64,000 nucleotides of DNA from Scyliorhinus canicula (Eukaryota). The translations under genes and the position numbers were made by a program. Location: NCBI RefSeq assembly GCF_902713615.1, contig NC_052153.1, forward strand, positions 148,567,772 to 148,631,771, written 5' to 3'. This document shows, piece by piece, positions 25,490-37,941 of the stretch (position 1 is its first letter; the number at the start of each line of letters is the position of its first letter). The notes beneath the pieces are model-generated. The model saw nothing but the letters and a program-made list of their open reading frames with translations, did no database searches and had not been told where the DNA came from.

Positions 25490-27650
25490 TGATGTAGACT
25501 ACGATATAGAGGTCATGAGCTAGAGACACTGGACAGCAGGCAGGCAACTCTTCAAGATGTGCCGACTCAAGAATCAAAATAATCTACATCTCATTCACTT
25601 ACACATGGCTACAATTCCACTTTGCAAGGTCTGGCATGTTCCTCAAGCATGGTAGCAGTGCTAGTGGCACCAATCTAAGCAACCATTGGTGCTAAATATC
25701 CAACCAACATCTCAAGTGTGCCTCAGCAACACCCTCGCCGAAGAAGGGTAACGATGGTGGGAATGTACAATCATTCACTGCCCCTATTTTGCAACCAGAG
25801 CACTAACAGAAACTTATGAAGGCATGCCACTATTGAGAACGAGGCACTGGCAGTTGCATCGGCTATTGGATGGCTCTTGAATTATCTGATTGGCTCTTCC
25901 CCGTAGAAGCTGACCACAAGCACCTCATTACCCTCCTGACTTGCATAGAGATTGTTAAAATGCCATTAGACATTCACAATTTTGTCCTCGCTTGATGCGG
26001 TACCAATACACAGCCACCCATGTTCCAGGGAAATCACAAACCACAGCTGTTGCTCCCTCCAAAGCTATGGTAGACCAAGCAGCCACCTTGGATTTCACAT
26101 TTGTCTCATCAACTGCAATGACCCATCTCCAACACAAAGCTCCAGGATGTCCAATGCACCCAAAAGGAGGAGGCCGAATGCACTCCCATCCAAGTGTGTT
26201 CTAAATATAGCCCATGCAGACTGCCTCATCCGTAACACCACGAGAAACACAGCCAGTTGACCATAGTAGTTGACTTCTTGATTTCGGACCACTATTAGAT
26301 CATTCCACAGTTCACACGAAAAGACATTCTCCACTGACTTATTGCAGGCCACCTAAGCATTAATATGTGCATAGCAAAGCTCTGCAACCTGTGTGGTGGT
26401 CGAACATCAGGCAGTTTGAGATTTTCTGCCACATCTGTTGCATTAAATAGTCCGACACACAATGAACTTACATTTTCACAATGGCCCTGGCAGTTGGGCT
26501 TGGCCTCTATGATTCCCACGGCAAGACATACCTCAAGGCTATAGATCACTACTCTAGATGGCTAGAAGTAGTGAAACTCCATGTAGCCACAGTAGAGTCT
26601 GGGATCAGGGTGTTCCTGACCATTTTATATATGCATGGCTTCTGGATGAAATCACTTCTGATAACGGCCCCCAATTTTCAAATGATCAATTCCAGAAGCT
26701 TACTGCTTACAATAGGATCACTTGCATCCCTTTTAATCCTCAAACCAACAAGGAGGCTGAGCAAGCAATCAGGATCAAAAAAGATCTGGGCCAGGATTCT
26801 CCCCTACCCGGCTGGGCGGGGGGTCCCGGCATGTCGGAGTGGCGTGAACCACCCTGGCGTCGGGCCTCCCCAAAGGTGCGGAATTCTCTCCGCACTTTTA
26901 GGGGCCAAGCCCTCACATCGAGGGGCTAGGCCCACGCCGGAGTGGTTCCCACTCCGCCGGCTGGCATGAACGGCCTTTGGCGCCACGCCAGCCGGGGCCT
27001 AAAGGACTTCGCCAGCCAGCGTAAGTCCGCACATGCGCCGGAGCGTCAGCGGCTGCTGACGTCACACCGGCGCATGCGCAGGGGTGGGGGTCTCTTCCGC
27101 CTCCGCCATGGTGAAGACCATGGCGAAGGCGGAAGAAAAAGAGTGCCCCCATGGCACAGGCCCGCCCGCCAATCGGTGGGCCCCGATCGTGGCCCAGGCC
27201 ACCGTGGGGGCACCCTACGGGGTCAGATCGCCCGCGCCGTCAATCCCGCCGGTGAAGTAGGTGGTTTAGTCCACGCTGGCGGGAAAGGTCGGTCAGCGGC
27301 GGGACTTCGGCCCATCGCGGGCCGAAGAATCGCCGTAGGGGGCCTGCCGACCAGCGCAGGGGGCCCGCTGACCGGCGGGGCGCGATTCCCGCCCCTGCCG
27401 AATCTCAGGGGGCGGAGAATTCGGGACACGGCAGGGGCGGGATTGACACCGGCCCCAGGCGATTCTCCGACTCCCCGGGGGTTCGGAAAATCCCACACCT
27501 GATGTCCCAGAATCCAGACTGGCATTCGCCATATTGCATTATTGAACCATGTTTTTAGCTAATGGATTCTCTTCCACTGTATTGCTCATGGGCCGACATC
27601 TAAAAATGCGTACGCCTCTATTCTTCCGAATCTTTAACCTAATGTCGAAC
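25490..27650 (+). mobile_element. Gypsy pol relic (RNase H and integrase), split by a MITE
   Basis: ATIENEALAV, ADHKHL, HVPGK, GHLSINMC, DHYSRWLEV, TSDNGPQFS, PQTNKEAEQAI; LLMGRHLK resumes after the MITE. Confidence 0.8.
26789..27498. mobile_element. GC-rich MITE, same family as 23681-24336, inverted
   Basis: TIRs ggccaggattctcc / ggaaaatcccacac; perfect 3-bp TSD CTG (26786-26788, 27499-27501). Confidence 0.8.
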
Positions 27651-27963
27651 CGGCTGACTGTACGAGGATGAGAGGGTGGGAGTCAAGCCACCATGATAAA
27701 CAATAAGTCCCAACATAGGCCCAAAGCCCCACTACTCTTTGCATACATGGAGTAGGCCATTCAGCCCTTCTGGCCTGCTCTTTTAAATCTAGGTCAGAGA
27801 GTTTGGATCCATCATTGTAAGTCAAAGGTTTCAAGCTCATCAGAATGGGCACCTGTGCTCATATTTTGTCCAGATACTGTCTGGTACTGTGGAAGTGGAT
27901 TACATTTATTGTCTTGTTTTAACCTTGCTGTCTGTACGTAATATTAAGGTTCTGAAATATATC

Positions 27964-28544
27964 TGTGACCATCAAGTAAAAAGGATGTTAAAGGGTTGAG
28001 GGAATGGAATGAGAGCAGATTTCTGTATCTGTTAGTGCAGAGACAGCAAAGATGAGTGTGTAAAACCTTGTCAACTGAGACAATGGGCATTGGAATGTGA
28101 AAGAGCTGACTCAGGAGCACGAGAGGGAAGGAGATAAGGAAGTTGGACCTGATGGACGGATAGGATAAGAAAACCGTTAGCAGCAGCAGTATTAGCTAAT
28201 GATTATGTCATAGTCACCACCCTACCTTAGGATAATAATTCCATATAAGTACATGTTCTGGATCCTTGCCAAATCATTGGTGTATCTAGGAATTTAAGGG
28301 GACCACCTCTAAGCTGTGATTGTATAAAGGGACAGTCCGTACTCTGGGACTTTGGCACTTCTCGAAGGTGGTTCCCCGACTACTTAGAGATTTGTCCCAG
28401 CCGTGAATAAACGAATATTCGTTACCAACGTGTTCGAGTGTTTTATTTCTGGACTGACAGACGGCTATGTGAAAGCGCAATTCACAGTACCTTCTGACCT
28501 TCCAGAATCCAGCCCCAGAATGCTGACTCCATGGGGCAGTCACA
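27964..28544 (+). mobile_element. Probable solo LTR
   Basis: TGTGAC...GTCACA termini, TATAAA-like box near 28324, AATAAA near 28406; no clear TSD. Confidence 0.5.
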
Positions 28545-28740
28545 ACAACACAGCCTAGAAAACAGGTAAAGACTCCACAGAGACATAACCCTTAACCAGG
28601 AGCAGGGTGGGGCATAGGGAAAAGGTGGTGCCAGAACAAAAGTGACGTAAATAGCCCAAAAGTAAATTTGGTGTAAATAGTTTGACTGTTAACAGTTATT
28701 AAAAAGTATATATTTTGGATTGTGGAGGGGGCAGTTAATG

Positions 28741-30242
28741 CAGTGTTTTTCAAACCTTTTTTTCCTGAGACCCACTTTTACCAACCGGCGGAACTTTGGG
28801 ACCCATGCCGGTTGACGTTCGCGAGACATGCCGGGTTATGTTCGCGACCTACCCCGGCCGACCTTCACAACACACCATTATTGCTTACTTTTACTGCGGC
28901 AGGTGAGCCTTCTTGGTCCTCACGATCTGTCTTGCTTCATCATTCAATATTACATTTTTGCTAAGAATTTTAACTGATGATTTAAGTTCTTGCTGAATGC
29001 TTTGAAAAAAATCAAGAAGTTTGTCCTCGAACTATCCATGCATAGTCTTCAATTGCCTTTGAAGATTTGAGCGTTTTAAACTTCATTTGTCAGTACTTCA
29101 CTGCATATAACATACGGGCTTTACATTCTGCTTTGCATTGGCACAATTAAAGCCATACCTCAAGAAATCATCTTTATACTGCTTTGTTCCCGATTTCAGT
29201 TTCTTCTTAATTGTTTGATCACCAGAGGCCCTGGACCTCGGGATACAGCTCACACCAGCATTGGTTTGTCCTTGCATGGGCTCTCCTGAGAAACTCTTTC
29301 CAGCAGATTTAGTTGTGAGTTCCTGGTCTGTTTGTATCTCTGGCCCTCTTTATCTCATTACAAAATGACACATCTTCAGTTCTTCACACAGCCCTGTTGC
29401 TTTCTTGCTGGCAGCTACAAAAAGGAGGAATCTCACCTCTATGATTTTTCACCCAAAGCATTGACGTGCTGCACACATGACCTTCTCTCTGCTGCTGCCT
29501 CTGGCTGAAAGACTCATTCTTCATAGTTAAAGGACCTTTGCGGCTGGCATTCTTTTTTTTTAAACTTTGAAACTATTTCGAACACCTAAATTTTACAAAT
29601 TTATGACTTTTTAAACTGGTAAAAATTAAAACAACTTCAGTTGAACATGTGCATCTTTACTTTTATACACAAACTTGTTTTAAATATATTCCCATATATC
29701 CCAGGGAAATGAAGTGACTTGTCAAACACACACAATGTCACACTATCTCTTACTGGTTTCACTGCATTGCACTATCCAAACATCCAAGTCACCTTTGGCT
29801 CCATTCTCACCAAAAGCTCGGACTTCCTGTTTTCCAGAGAGTGTCGACACAAAGTGATGACTGTAGGTTTCTTCCAGTGTTCCCATGTCAGCCCCCTACA
29901 CTGGCCTTGTTTAATCAGTATTCCCACAAACCTGGCCTGGCTTCCTCTCACTGTATCCAACCCAGTCACAGGGCGAGCAATAGATCAGAGCCACCACTCT
30001 TAGTATCGTGTTTACGTGGACGCCCGTCAGCCAGCCCAAGTCCGTCCATGTCTCCCCCCCACCCACCACTCTGCGCGCAGTGACCAGCACACAGTCCAGC
30101 CTCACGCCGCCCACTCCCTCAAACACACAACCAATTGGGGACTGCCTGCGGACGGCATTCTTAAAAGCCACGATCGGGAACGCCACAACCGATCACTCCA
30201 CGACCCACCTGCGGGACGCGACCCTGAGTTTGAAAAACCCCG
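28741..30242 (-). mobile_element. hAT/Charlie-type DNA transposon (non-autonomous, BED-finger remnant) containing a retrocopy
   Basis: TIRs CAGTGTTTTTCAAAC / GTTTGAAAAACCCCG; 8-bp TSD agttaatg / agttaata; gcgaccc-type subterminal repeats; minus-strand remnant KQYKDDFLRYGF...KPVC...LQRQLKTMH...DKLLDFF at about 29000-29190. Confidence 0.88.
29555..30146 (-). pseudogene. Processed SDF2/SDF2L1-like (MIR domain) retrocopy
   Basis: Minus-strand frames give VTGLDTV, GILIKQGQ..LT, HGNTGRNL and SHHFVSTLSGKQEVRAFGENGAKGDLDVWIVQC (29862-29764), versus recalled SDF2 LTHVNTGRNLHSHHFTSPLSGNQEVSAFGEEGEGDYLDDWTVLC; short poly(A); 16-bp TSD, 14/16 identical. Confidence 0.82.
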
Positions 30243-30279
30243 AGTTAATAGAGTACAAATGCTAACGACGGATGTAGAC

Positions 30280-31130
30280 AATGTTGCAACTGTGCCATCA
30301 GAAGGCAGATGCTGGAGATTCTCTACAGCAGATAAGCAACTCAAGAGGAGATGTGCCTGTTCAATTACCGACCTTGTACATATTATACATACCAGAGCCT
30401 GCCCACAGTTTCTCTTTGCATGATTCTAAACCTGGAAATTTGCTCAAATATGATAGCAATGATGGTGGCATACTAAACAACGATTGGTACCATACAACGA
30501 GCACCCACAGTCCACAACGGCAACAGGCAGACGGACATCTCAACTTGCCAGGGCTTCTCAACAACAGCCTTACTCAAGAAGGATAGCGATAACGGCACTG
30601 CATAACACGGCTCCTACTCCATTTTCAAGCCTGAAGACCCGCTGAAAGACGTGGCACAATAACATTTTGAAGTACCGAGCAGCCTCGTGTCTCTTTACTA
30701 AACACAGCAACTCCGAGTCAGTTCATTTGTTCAATGTGTTGGGCCAACCATTAACCATATCATTAGCACCCAGAGACTCAACAAAACTTCTGCAGACTTC
30801 GACTCCGCACTGAAAGGCTTCATGGAAGCCCGCTAGGCATTACTAAGATTGTTTACTGTTCAGGGCTATAACTACAGCTCTCACAAATCAAAGGTAGTAG
30901 TTGACTTATTTCTTACTACTTGTGCTCTGCAGCTTGTCCTCACCAATGGGAGCTCACAACAAACGATTACCTCAGTCAGGCTGTCCCAACCTTGCAAGTT
31001 CAGCCCACCACCCCACGACACACTGAGGCATCAACAAGGCCCATTCATCTTGCAGGGCCAAATGTGATAGCCCCACCTACACCAACGCCCACCAAACTGG
31101 TGGGGCAAAGCGCTACAGATAATTTATAGA
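30280..31130 (+). mobile_element. Highly degraded Gypsy-like relic
   Basis: gag-like WHNNILKYRAASCLFTK near 30655; otherwise weak. Confidence 0.3.
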
Positions 31131-31212
31131 GCAATTTAAAATGTAATTGGACATAAAGAATTAAACGTACAAAGGCTACGAATCTGAACTACAGACACTA
31201 GCTTTGTATTTA

Positions 31213-31320
<108 letters not shown>

Positions 31321-31403
31321 TTAGAAAACATAAATTACTGCACATTGAGCTTTGCAGTGTTCCCCAATTTCCACCAAAACTGCAAAGCAAAAATGCAAAT
31401 TAC

Positions 31404-31554
31404 CTTCCCTGGACTTCCCAGCAATAGTGTTTGCCTGCGTTTGGTAATTTTTATCATCATTCTGTATGCAGACCAGGTGCGAGTCAGCATCCAAACTAAA
31501 ACATGTCCCCATGGTAATCACATGTTCATTAGAAGAGGTTACTACCTTCATGAT
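31404..31554 (-). CDS. ZFYVE16: ZFYVE16 coding exon
   Basis: [50 protein letters not shown]; tcag| acceptor, |gtaatt donor; 151 nt. Confidence 0.95.
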
Positions 31555-31830
31555 CTGAGAAATAGGAACAGATAATCTTTGAATGACAAACATTCGTGGT
31601 AGGTATCATCATCACCAGTCTTAACACAATACAGAATGGATGTGAAGATACCCAATTGCACAAGGGCTTATAGAAAAAAGAAATCCAAGAAAATAAAGCA
31701 TGCACAGCAAACAAACAGAATGAAGTTATGAAACAATTGCTCGCCATGTCAATATGAAGAGTTTAAGTGGGGTATTCACGTGTGTTACGTGGTTAAAACC
31801 GTGCACATTAAACATTAAATTTGTATTTCT

Positions 31831-32435
31831 TGTCATGGGAGTGTCCCTTTAAGAAATGTTTTTGTCTTATCACATGGCTTCAGTGATGTCAGTGTGTGTG
31901 TGGAGCTGGGCTGTGGCCCTGGGAGTTAATTTTACATTCGCTTTTTGAGTTTGAACTGGCTTTGTTCTGCACAGGTTGAAAGAAGGTTTTTTCCCCCTAT
32001 CTGCATTTTAAAAGTGGTTTCCAGACTGCTTGATAACTTGAAAAGAAAATAAATTCAAACCTGCTGTTTTGGAAAGGAAACAGGAGCATCCATACCAGGT
32101 CTTCAGTGCTGTGTGCTGGGCCACACCTTTGAAAAGGATTTTCTCGTTTATGGGCTCTTGTTATTAAATTGGAACAGCTAAAGGGGGACTTTATTAAGCG
32201 TTATACATAGAGTACGGTAATTGTGTGGGATATTTATGTCAGTAGTTGATAAAAATGCTTACTGTGTGTTCATAAAAATGTTAACTAAATTCGTAGAATA
32301 AACTTTGTTTTTGAGTAAAAGTGCTTAAGGCCTCTGTTGAATAACCCCTGAAAGGCAGGCCCTTGTGCGCATCATAACCAAAATCAATAAACAAAATTAT
32401 ATACTTTGGAGTTTTCTAAACCCTGGCCCATAACA
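31831..32435 (+). mobile_element. Solo LTR
   Basis: TGTCATGGG...CCCATAACA inverted termini; AATAAA near 32297 and 32386; flanks ttct/ttat. Confidence 0.7.
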
Positions 32436-34019
32436 TTATTAGGAACTTTGAACATAAGAGGAAGAATGAAACAAACACCAAAGCTTTGTGGGTAGTCCGG
32501 GAGAGGTGACTGAATGCTTTATTGGAAAGATGCAAATATAGAAAAGTTTTGATAGCGTTGTCCGCAGGATTGATTCTAGGAGGCACTGAGGCTGACAGGC
32601 TAAATGAGTTTTATTACCGACGTATGTTCAGTACAGGCTGCTTCTTTACTCTTCAGTTACCCACACTTGCAATCTGTGATGACCTGCATATATCATTATA
32701 CAGTGCTCATGTAGTTTCGCAGAAATCAATATAAATATATAATTTAGATAATCACGTACATGCTTAGGTAGGGAATAGAAGGGAAGCAGTAATAGTTGAG
32801 TGTATAGCCAACACGTCTGAAGTTGAAGTTTTTGACACCAGATGGAGTAGAGGAAGAGGGAATGCACAGGAGGCCAGAGTTGGCAGACTATATAGGACAC
32901 TAAACTAGAGGAGGTTGGACAAAGACTTGCAGTTTGGTTGGTTAATAGGGAACTGGTATTGGTCAGCAAGGGAGTTAGAATAGGACCTTGTACAGGACAA
33001 ATTCAGACGGTAGAATTTGAAGAATTGTTATTTGTGGAAGAAAAGTTGGGTGCTAGCAAGGAGAACGTTGAAGATCTTTAACTGAAAACTGGATCAACAT
33101 TATTGATTGAGCTAGGGGCACAGATGGCTCGGGACAGGGTAGTGATGACTCCAGCAGAATGTAGTTTTGCAATGGAGAAAAGCAACCTTTTACTCTTCCG
33201 GGTGATCTTACAGTAGGAGAACTTAGCTGTGTATTGTTTGATCTAAATCTGGTGGTGGATGGCTTTGGATGTGTCATTCATCTGGTGTCTGTGGCTAGTG
33301 CCTTGTCAAATAATTAGCCAGAGGAGAGAGAGTTTGGAGTTCAGAAACTGTATAAGCAGCTGCTGGGGTGAAAGAGGAAACAGAAGCACAGGGTAATAGT
33401 TCATTTTCCAAAGGACATAGATGGAGGATAATGGGAATAAAAACATACAAAGTGAGGAATGAATGGTAATGAGAGACATAGCTAGGAATATTCTCGGAGT
33501 TCAAGCATATTGAGCGGCAGTACAGTCTGATGATTGAGAGCCTATGCAATCAGCTTGGTATATTTATTATAGATCAGTGCCTACTTGGTGATCAGATAAG
33601 GAAGTTTGAAAGTTGGTGTGGTAGATGTCATCTGTAATGTTGTCAGCCTAGCTGGTAGTTGTATCTATGTATTATGATTTTAAAATAGTTATACAGAAAC
33701 AGAGAAGTACATCTGAAAAAGATGCCTTTCAGTTCATAGCATCCTGAATAGGTTTCAAACTTAGAACAGAAACTGTATTTTCTAAGTTCAAATTTTTTTT
33801 TAAATTCTGACAACAGAAAACAATTAGATGACTTTTGGTGACGGTGATGTTCTGAGAGGACGCACATCAGGTGACTCTACTCTGAACCGAGACAAAATAA
33901 GGCACTTTCAGTTGAATTTTGCCCAAATATGAAGGGAAAAGAATCCTTGCACAACTAAAGGAGGGTAACCGAGGAAAGATGCCAGTAAATGGGAGCTCAA
34001 GGGGCCGAAGAGATGGCAG

Positions 34020-34167
34020 AAGTGGCGGAAAGTTCCATGACCAGCAGGCAGACAAGATAGCAGGCTCATGAGGCAAAGGGGCCCCGACCACCCAGGAGAG
34101 AGGGCAGCCAATAACCCAACCAAGACGGAAAACCCAACATTGACATATATCAACTGATCATTGGGGG

Positions 34168-34204
<37 letters not shown>

Positions 34205-35235
34205 CTACTTCAGGACTTTCTGATGGACGGCTAAAACCCTAGAACGGGGAAAAAGACAGGCATGGCTAGGGAGCTGGGAACATACATGGAGCATATAGGG
34301 GCGGTGGACCCATGGCGGTTTCTATATCAGCATGGAATGGGTGAGGTTGGAGTCCTCCTCCTGCAAGGGAACGACCCTCTGAGCCCTCGCCACCACAGCG
34401 CTCCCCCTCGATGAAATACACATCCTGCCAATGGTAGTAGCAACAATAAAGACATGGAACCAAATGAGGCAGCATTTCAGTCTAACTGAAATGTCCCCCA
34501 TGGTCTCTACCTAGGGAAATCACATATTCCTTCCAGCCATGCTCAACGCCACTTTTGAAAAATGGAGACAGGACAGGGAAACGTTAGCAGTCAGGGAATT
34601 TTACTATAGGGGACAGACTAGGGACCTTGGGCGAACTGATGGAAGACCTGGAACTACTGACAGGACAAGAACTCAGACACCTACAAATCAAACACTTTCT
34701 CCGCAAGGAGATAGCAAGGTACCCCAGAGCCCCAAGAGACACATTACTAGAGAAACTAATAAATACGGACAGTAAAGTGGGGGGCAATGCTAAGCTTCAA
34801 GCAGTTTAAAGTAGTGCATAGAGCACACCTAACCAGAACCTGAATGAACAAGTTATTCCCAGGATAAAATGCGAACAGTGCCAGGGAGCCCCGGCCAACC
34901 ACACTCATGTTCAGGGCTTGCCCCTGACTTGTCGTGTTCTGGTAAGCTTTCTTCGAGGCTATGTCAAAGGTCGTTGGGGTGAGGGTGGAGCCGTGCACGA
35001 GAGTGGCAGTCTTTGGGGTATCGTACCAGCCAGGAGTGCATATGAGGAAGAGGGCCAATGCCCTGGCTTCCGCTTCCTTAATCGCACACAGAGAATCCTG
35101 CATGGCTGGTAATCAGCAGCACCAACCGTAGCTGCAGACTGGCTGGCAGACCTGTCGGAATTTCTCCACCTGGAGAAGATTGAGAGCACCATCCGAGGTG
35201 TGGGGGCTATTCATCAACCTGTTCCAAAACTTGTT
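34020..35235 (+). mobile_element. Degraded L1-clade ORF2 3' relic with a long poly-G tract
   Basis: QFKVVHRAHL and C..C...H remnants homologous to 19905-20030; G-run at about 34162-34204. Confidence 0.75.
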
Positions 35236-35844
35236 TGAGACTAACATGGTGATGTTCCCATGTATCTGCTGTCCTTATCCTTCTAGATGGTAGTGGTTGT
35301 GGGTTTGGTACGTGCTGCCTAAGGAGCTTTGGTGAGTTCCTGCCGTGCATCTTGTAGATGGTACACATTGCTACGACTGTGCGTGAGTGGTGGAGGGTGT
35401 GAATATTTGTGGAAGGGGTGCCAATTAAGTGGCCTGCTTTGTCTTGGATGGTGTCGAGTTTCTTGAGTGTTGTTGGAGCTGCACTCATCCAGGCAAGTGG
35501 GGAGTACTCCATCCCACTCCGGACTTCTGCCTTGGAGCAATTGTTTAACAAGCAACCTTTGAGAGCAGTACTCAACACAACCTTTTGGGCATATATTGTG
35601 CAGCGTTGCGCTGAATGGAACAACTTTCAATCGCAAAAATAAAACTGTGTTATAAGGTTTCAGAAAACTGAGTAATCAATCATTATTTTGCATTTTTATT
35701 ATTTATGATCTTGCCAAGAAAGATTTGATCTTATTGTCTTACTCATGATGTCCAACACATTGTAATGGATACAAAGAAAATAAGCTTTTCTTCCTACAGG
35801 TATTTACCACTCAGATATGGTTCAGTTTCATTCTTATTACTAAC

Positions 35845-35949
35845 CTCATTGTATCTTCTCTTCGGTATTTTAATAGAGCTTTTCCCCATCTCCACAAGTA
35901 GTACTAATCCCTCAATTGTGGGTAGAGTGTACTGATAATTTCGAAGATC
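35845..35949 (-). CDS. ZFYVE16: ZFYVE16 coding exon
   Basis: DLRNYQYTLPTIEGLVLLVEMGKSSIKIPKRRYNE; gcag| acceptor, |gttagt donor; 105 nt. DLRNY and EMGKS are endofin-type rather than SARA-type. Confidence 0.95.
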
Positions 35950-36929
35950 CTGCAAAGAAGAATGTGAAAAATGTGAACATAAATAGCAAACCAGATTTGA
36001 CCATAAGTACTTAATAAAATCAGCACAAACTTTCTGGTAACCAAATTGCTTCATCAGTAGTGTAGTTACGGATCTGAACTCGTGGTACAAATGTTGCACG
36101 TTTTTAACAATTTGTGCAATTGAAATTGATTTGGCCAGGACCAGGAAAATATCTATAAGTGCTCACTAACCCAAACGGTTCACTGAATATTTTCCAAGGA
36201 AGGAAGCCTGCCACCTCTATTCAGGTTGACACGTGACTCCGGTCCCACATTACGTGATAGCCTCAAAGCCCTCGGAAGTTAGCAAGTTGCAAAATTGTTC
36301 GGAAAATAATAAATTGGTAGAACCATTCAACAACAAATGGATAAGATCTGGTGACCTTGGTAAATCCTCCGAAATAACAAAGTGCCTCAGACTAATCAAG
36401 CAACATTCCAACAGTCATATTCTTAGAATCATATCTACCAACCAACATGATTAGATTCACCCTGGGAATATCTCAACACAGCAGCCCATAAGGGATGAGA
36501 GGATGGCAGTAAGTAGTTGGGTGGGAGTTGCCCTGAAATTTCTGAACATTGATCTGAAGCAATGAGTTCAGAGTCAAACCCAAAAAACCTAATCGAAACT
36601 CATGATTTTGAAAACCTGTATAAATCTCTCCTCTTTACCAGGTTTAATAACTTTATAACCGAAGCATCTCAGAACTTTTCAGCATCTTAGTAAGTCTCTT
36701 CACTTGTAACTGAACCAATATCTATCTGTCCATTGTTGCACCACATGCCCTCCTGAAATTGTTTACAAACTCAAAATAATCATACTCTTAAAAGTGTTAT
36801 GCTATCTGCAAATATTGGTAGTGTCCTCATAACCATGTCTAAAGAAACACATAAAACCATGTCTCATCTCTGGAAGGGATACACTATTACAGTAAAATCC
36901 CAATGAACCAAATAATAACAACCTTTATC

Positions 36930-37228
36930 TTTATTAGTGTCCTAAGTAGGCTTACATTAACACTGCAATGAAGTTACAGTGAAAATCCCCTAGTCGCCAC
37001 TCCGCCCACCTGTTCGGGTACACAATGGGAGAATTCAGAATGACTAATTCATCTAACAAGCACGTCTTTCGGGACTTGTGGGAGGAAACTGGAGCACCCG
37101 GAGGAAACCCACGCAGACACAGGGAGAGTGTGCAAACTCCACACAGACGGTAAGCCAAGCCGGGAATCAAACCTGGGACCCTGGCACTGTGCAGCAACAG
37201 TGCTAACCATTATGCTACTGTGCCACCC
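36930..37228 (-). mobile_element. Chimeric SINE: V-type head with the tail of the 2048-2220 family
   Basis: gtttcctccgggtgctcc core joined to a gtggcgactaggggattttcactgtaacttc tail. Confidence 0.75.
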
Positions 37229-37858
37229 ACAATCCCAGGGGATCAACCCACAAACATGTTAAGCAGAACTTAGTGGTAGCCGAGGAAGTCCTATTTCCAT
37301 CTGAATACATATCTACGCAACCTGAAATGCCAACAAGTGCAGTCTATATTAAAGAAAGCAGATTCATATGCCAAATGAAAACACATTAAAGTAGCAAATG
37401 TGTAAATGTCCTCATTCAATTTGTTCACACTTTACAATGGCCTTCCCTTGTAAAAGCCTGGAGTTAATGAAAAATGTCAGGAGTTAGCCCAGGTTGTTTT
37501 TTGTTTTTAGTTAGGGCATCATAATCAGCACATGCTTGGAGGGTCGAAGGGCCTTTTCCTCTGCTGTACTTTCCTTTGTTCTTTGCGTTATGGCTTCAGA
37601 CACGCGTGATACAATTCATCATATAATCAATGCAGTAGACACATTTCAGTATTTTTGTGGTACAATGCAAAATCCTGCAGGATCCATCCTGGAGTGCATC
37701 CATCTATCCATTGGCGCTGAGTGAACACAATTTTGCATTCCGGGCTTGCAAATATTAGAAGCAGGAATGAGCAAATTATTTTTAGAATGTTCATCTACAA
37801 GAGATGGGGAGGGCTACGGAGGAAATACAGAAAATATAATATAAATCAGAACACTTAC

Positions 37859-37941
37859 TGCTAGCAAATTCATGATGGTATGACCCGTTTCTCCAAAAAG
37901 TGCTTTACGGAATCGAACGCTTAATAATGGACAAGGATAAA
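37859..37941 (-). CDS. ZFYVE16: ZFYVE16 coding exon
   Basis: (V)[27 protein letters not shown]; gcag| acceptor, |gtaagt donor; 83 nt, phase 1 to 0. Confidence 0.93.

Noticed and set aside
32560-33560. Possible Penelope GIY-YIG relic
   Set aside because: Only vague cysteine spacing; too degraded to support.
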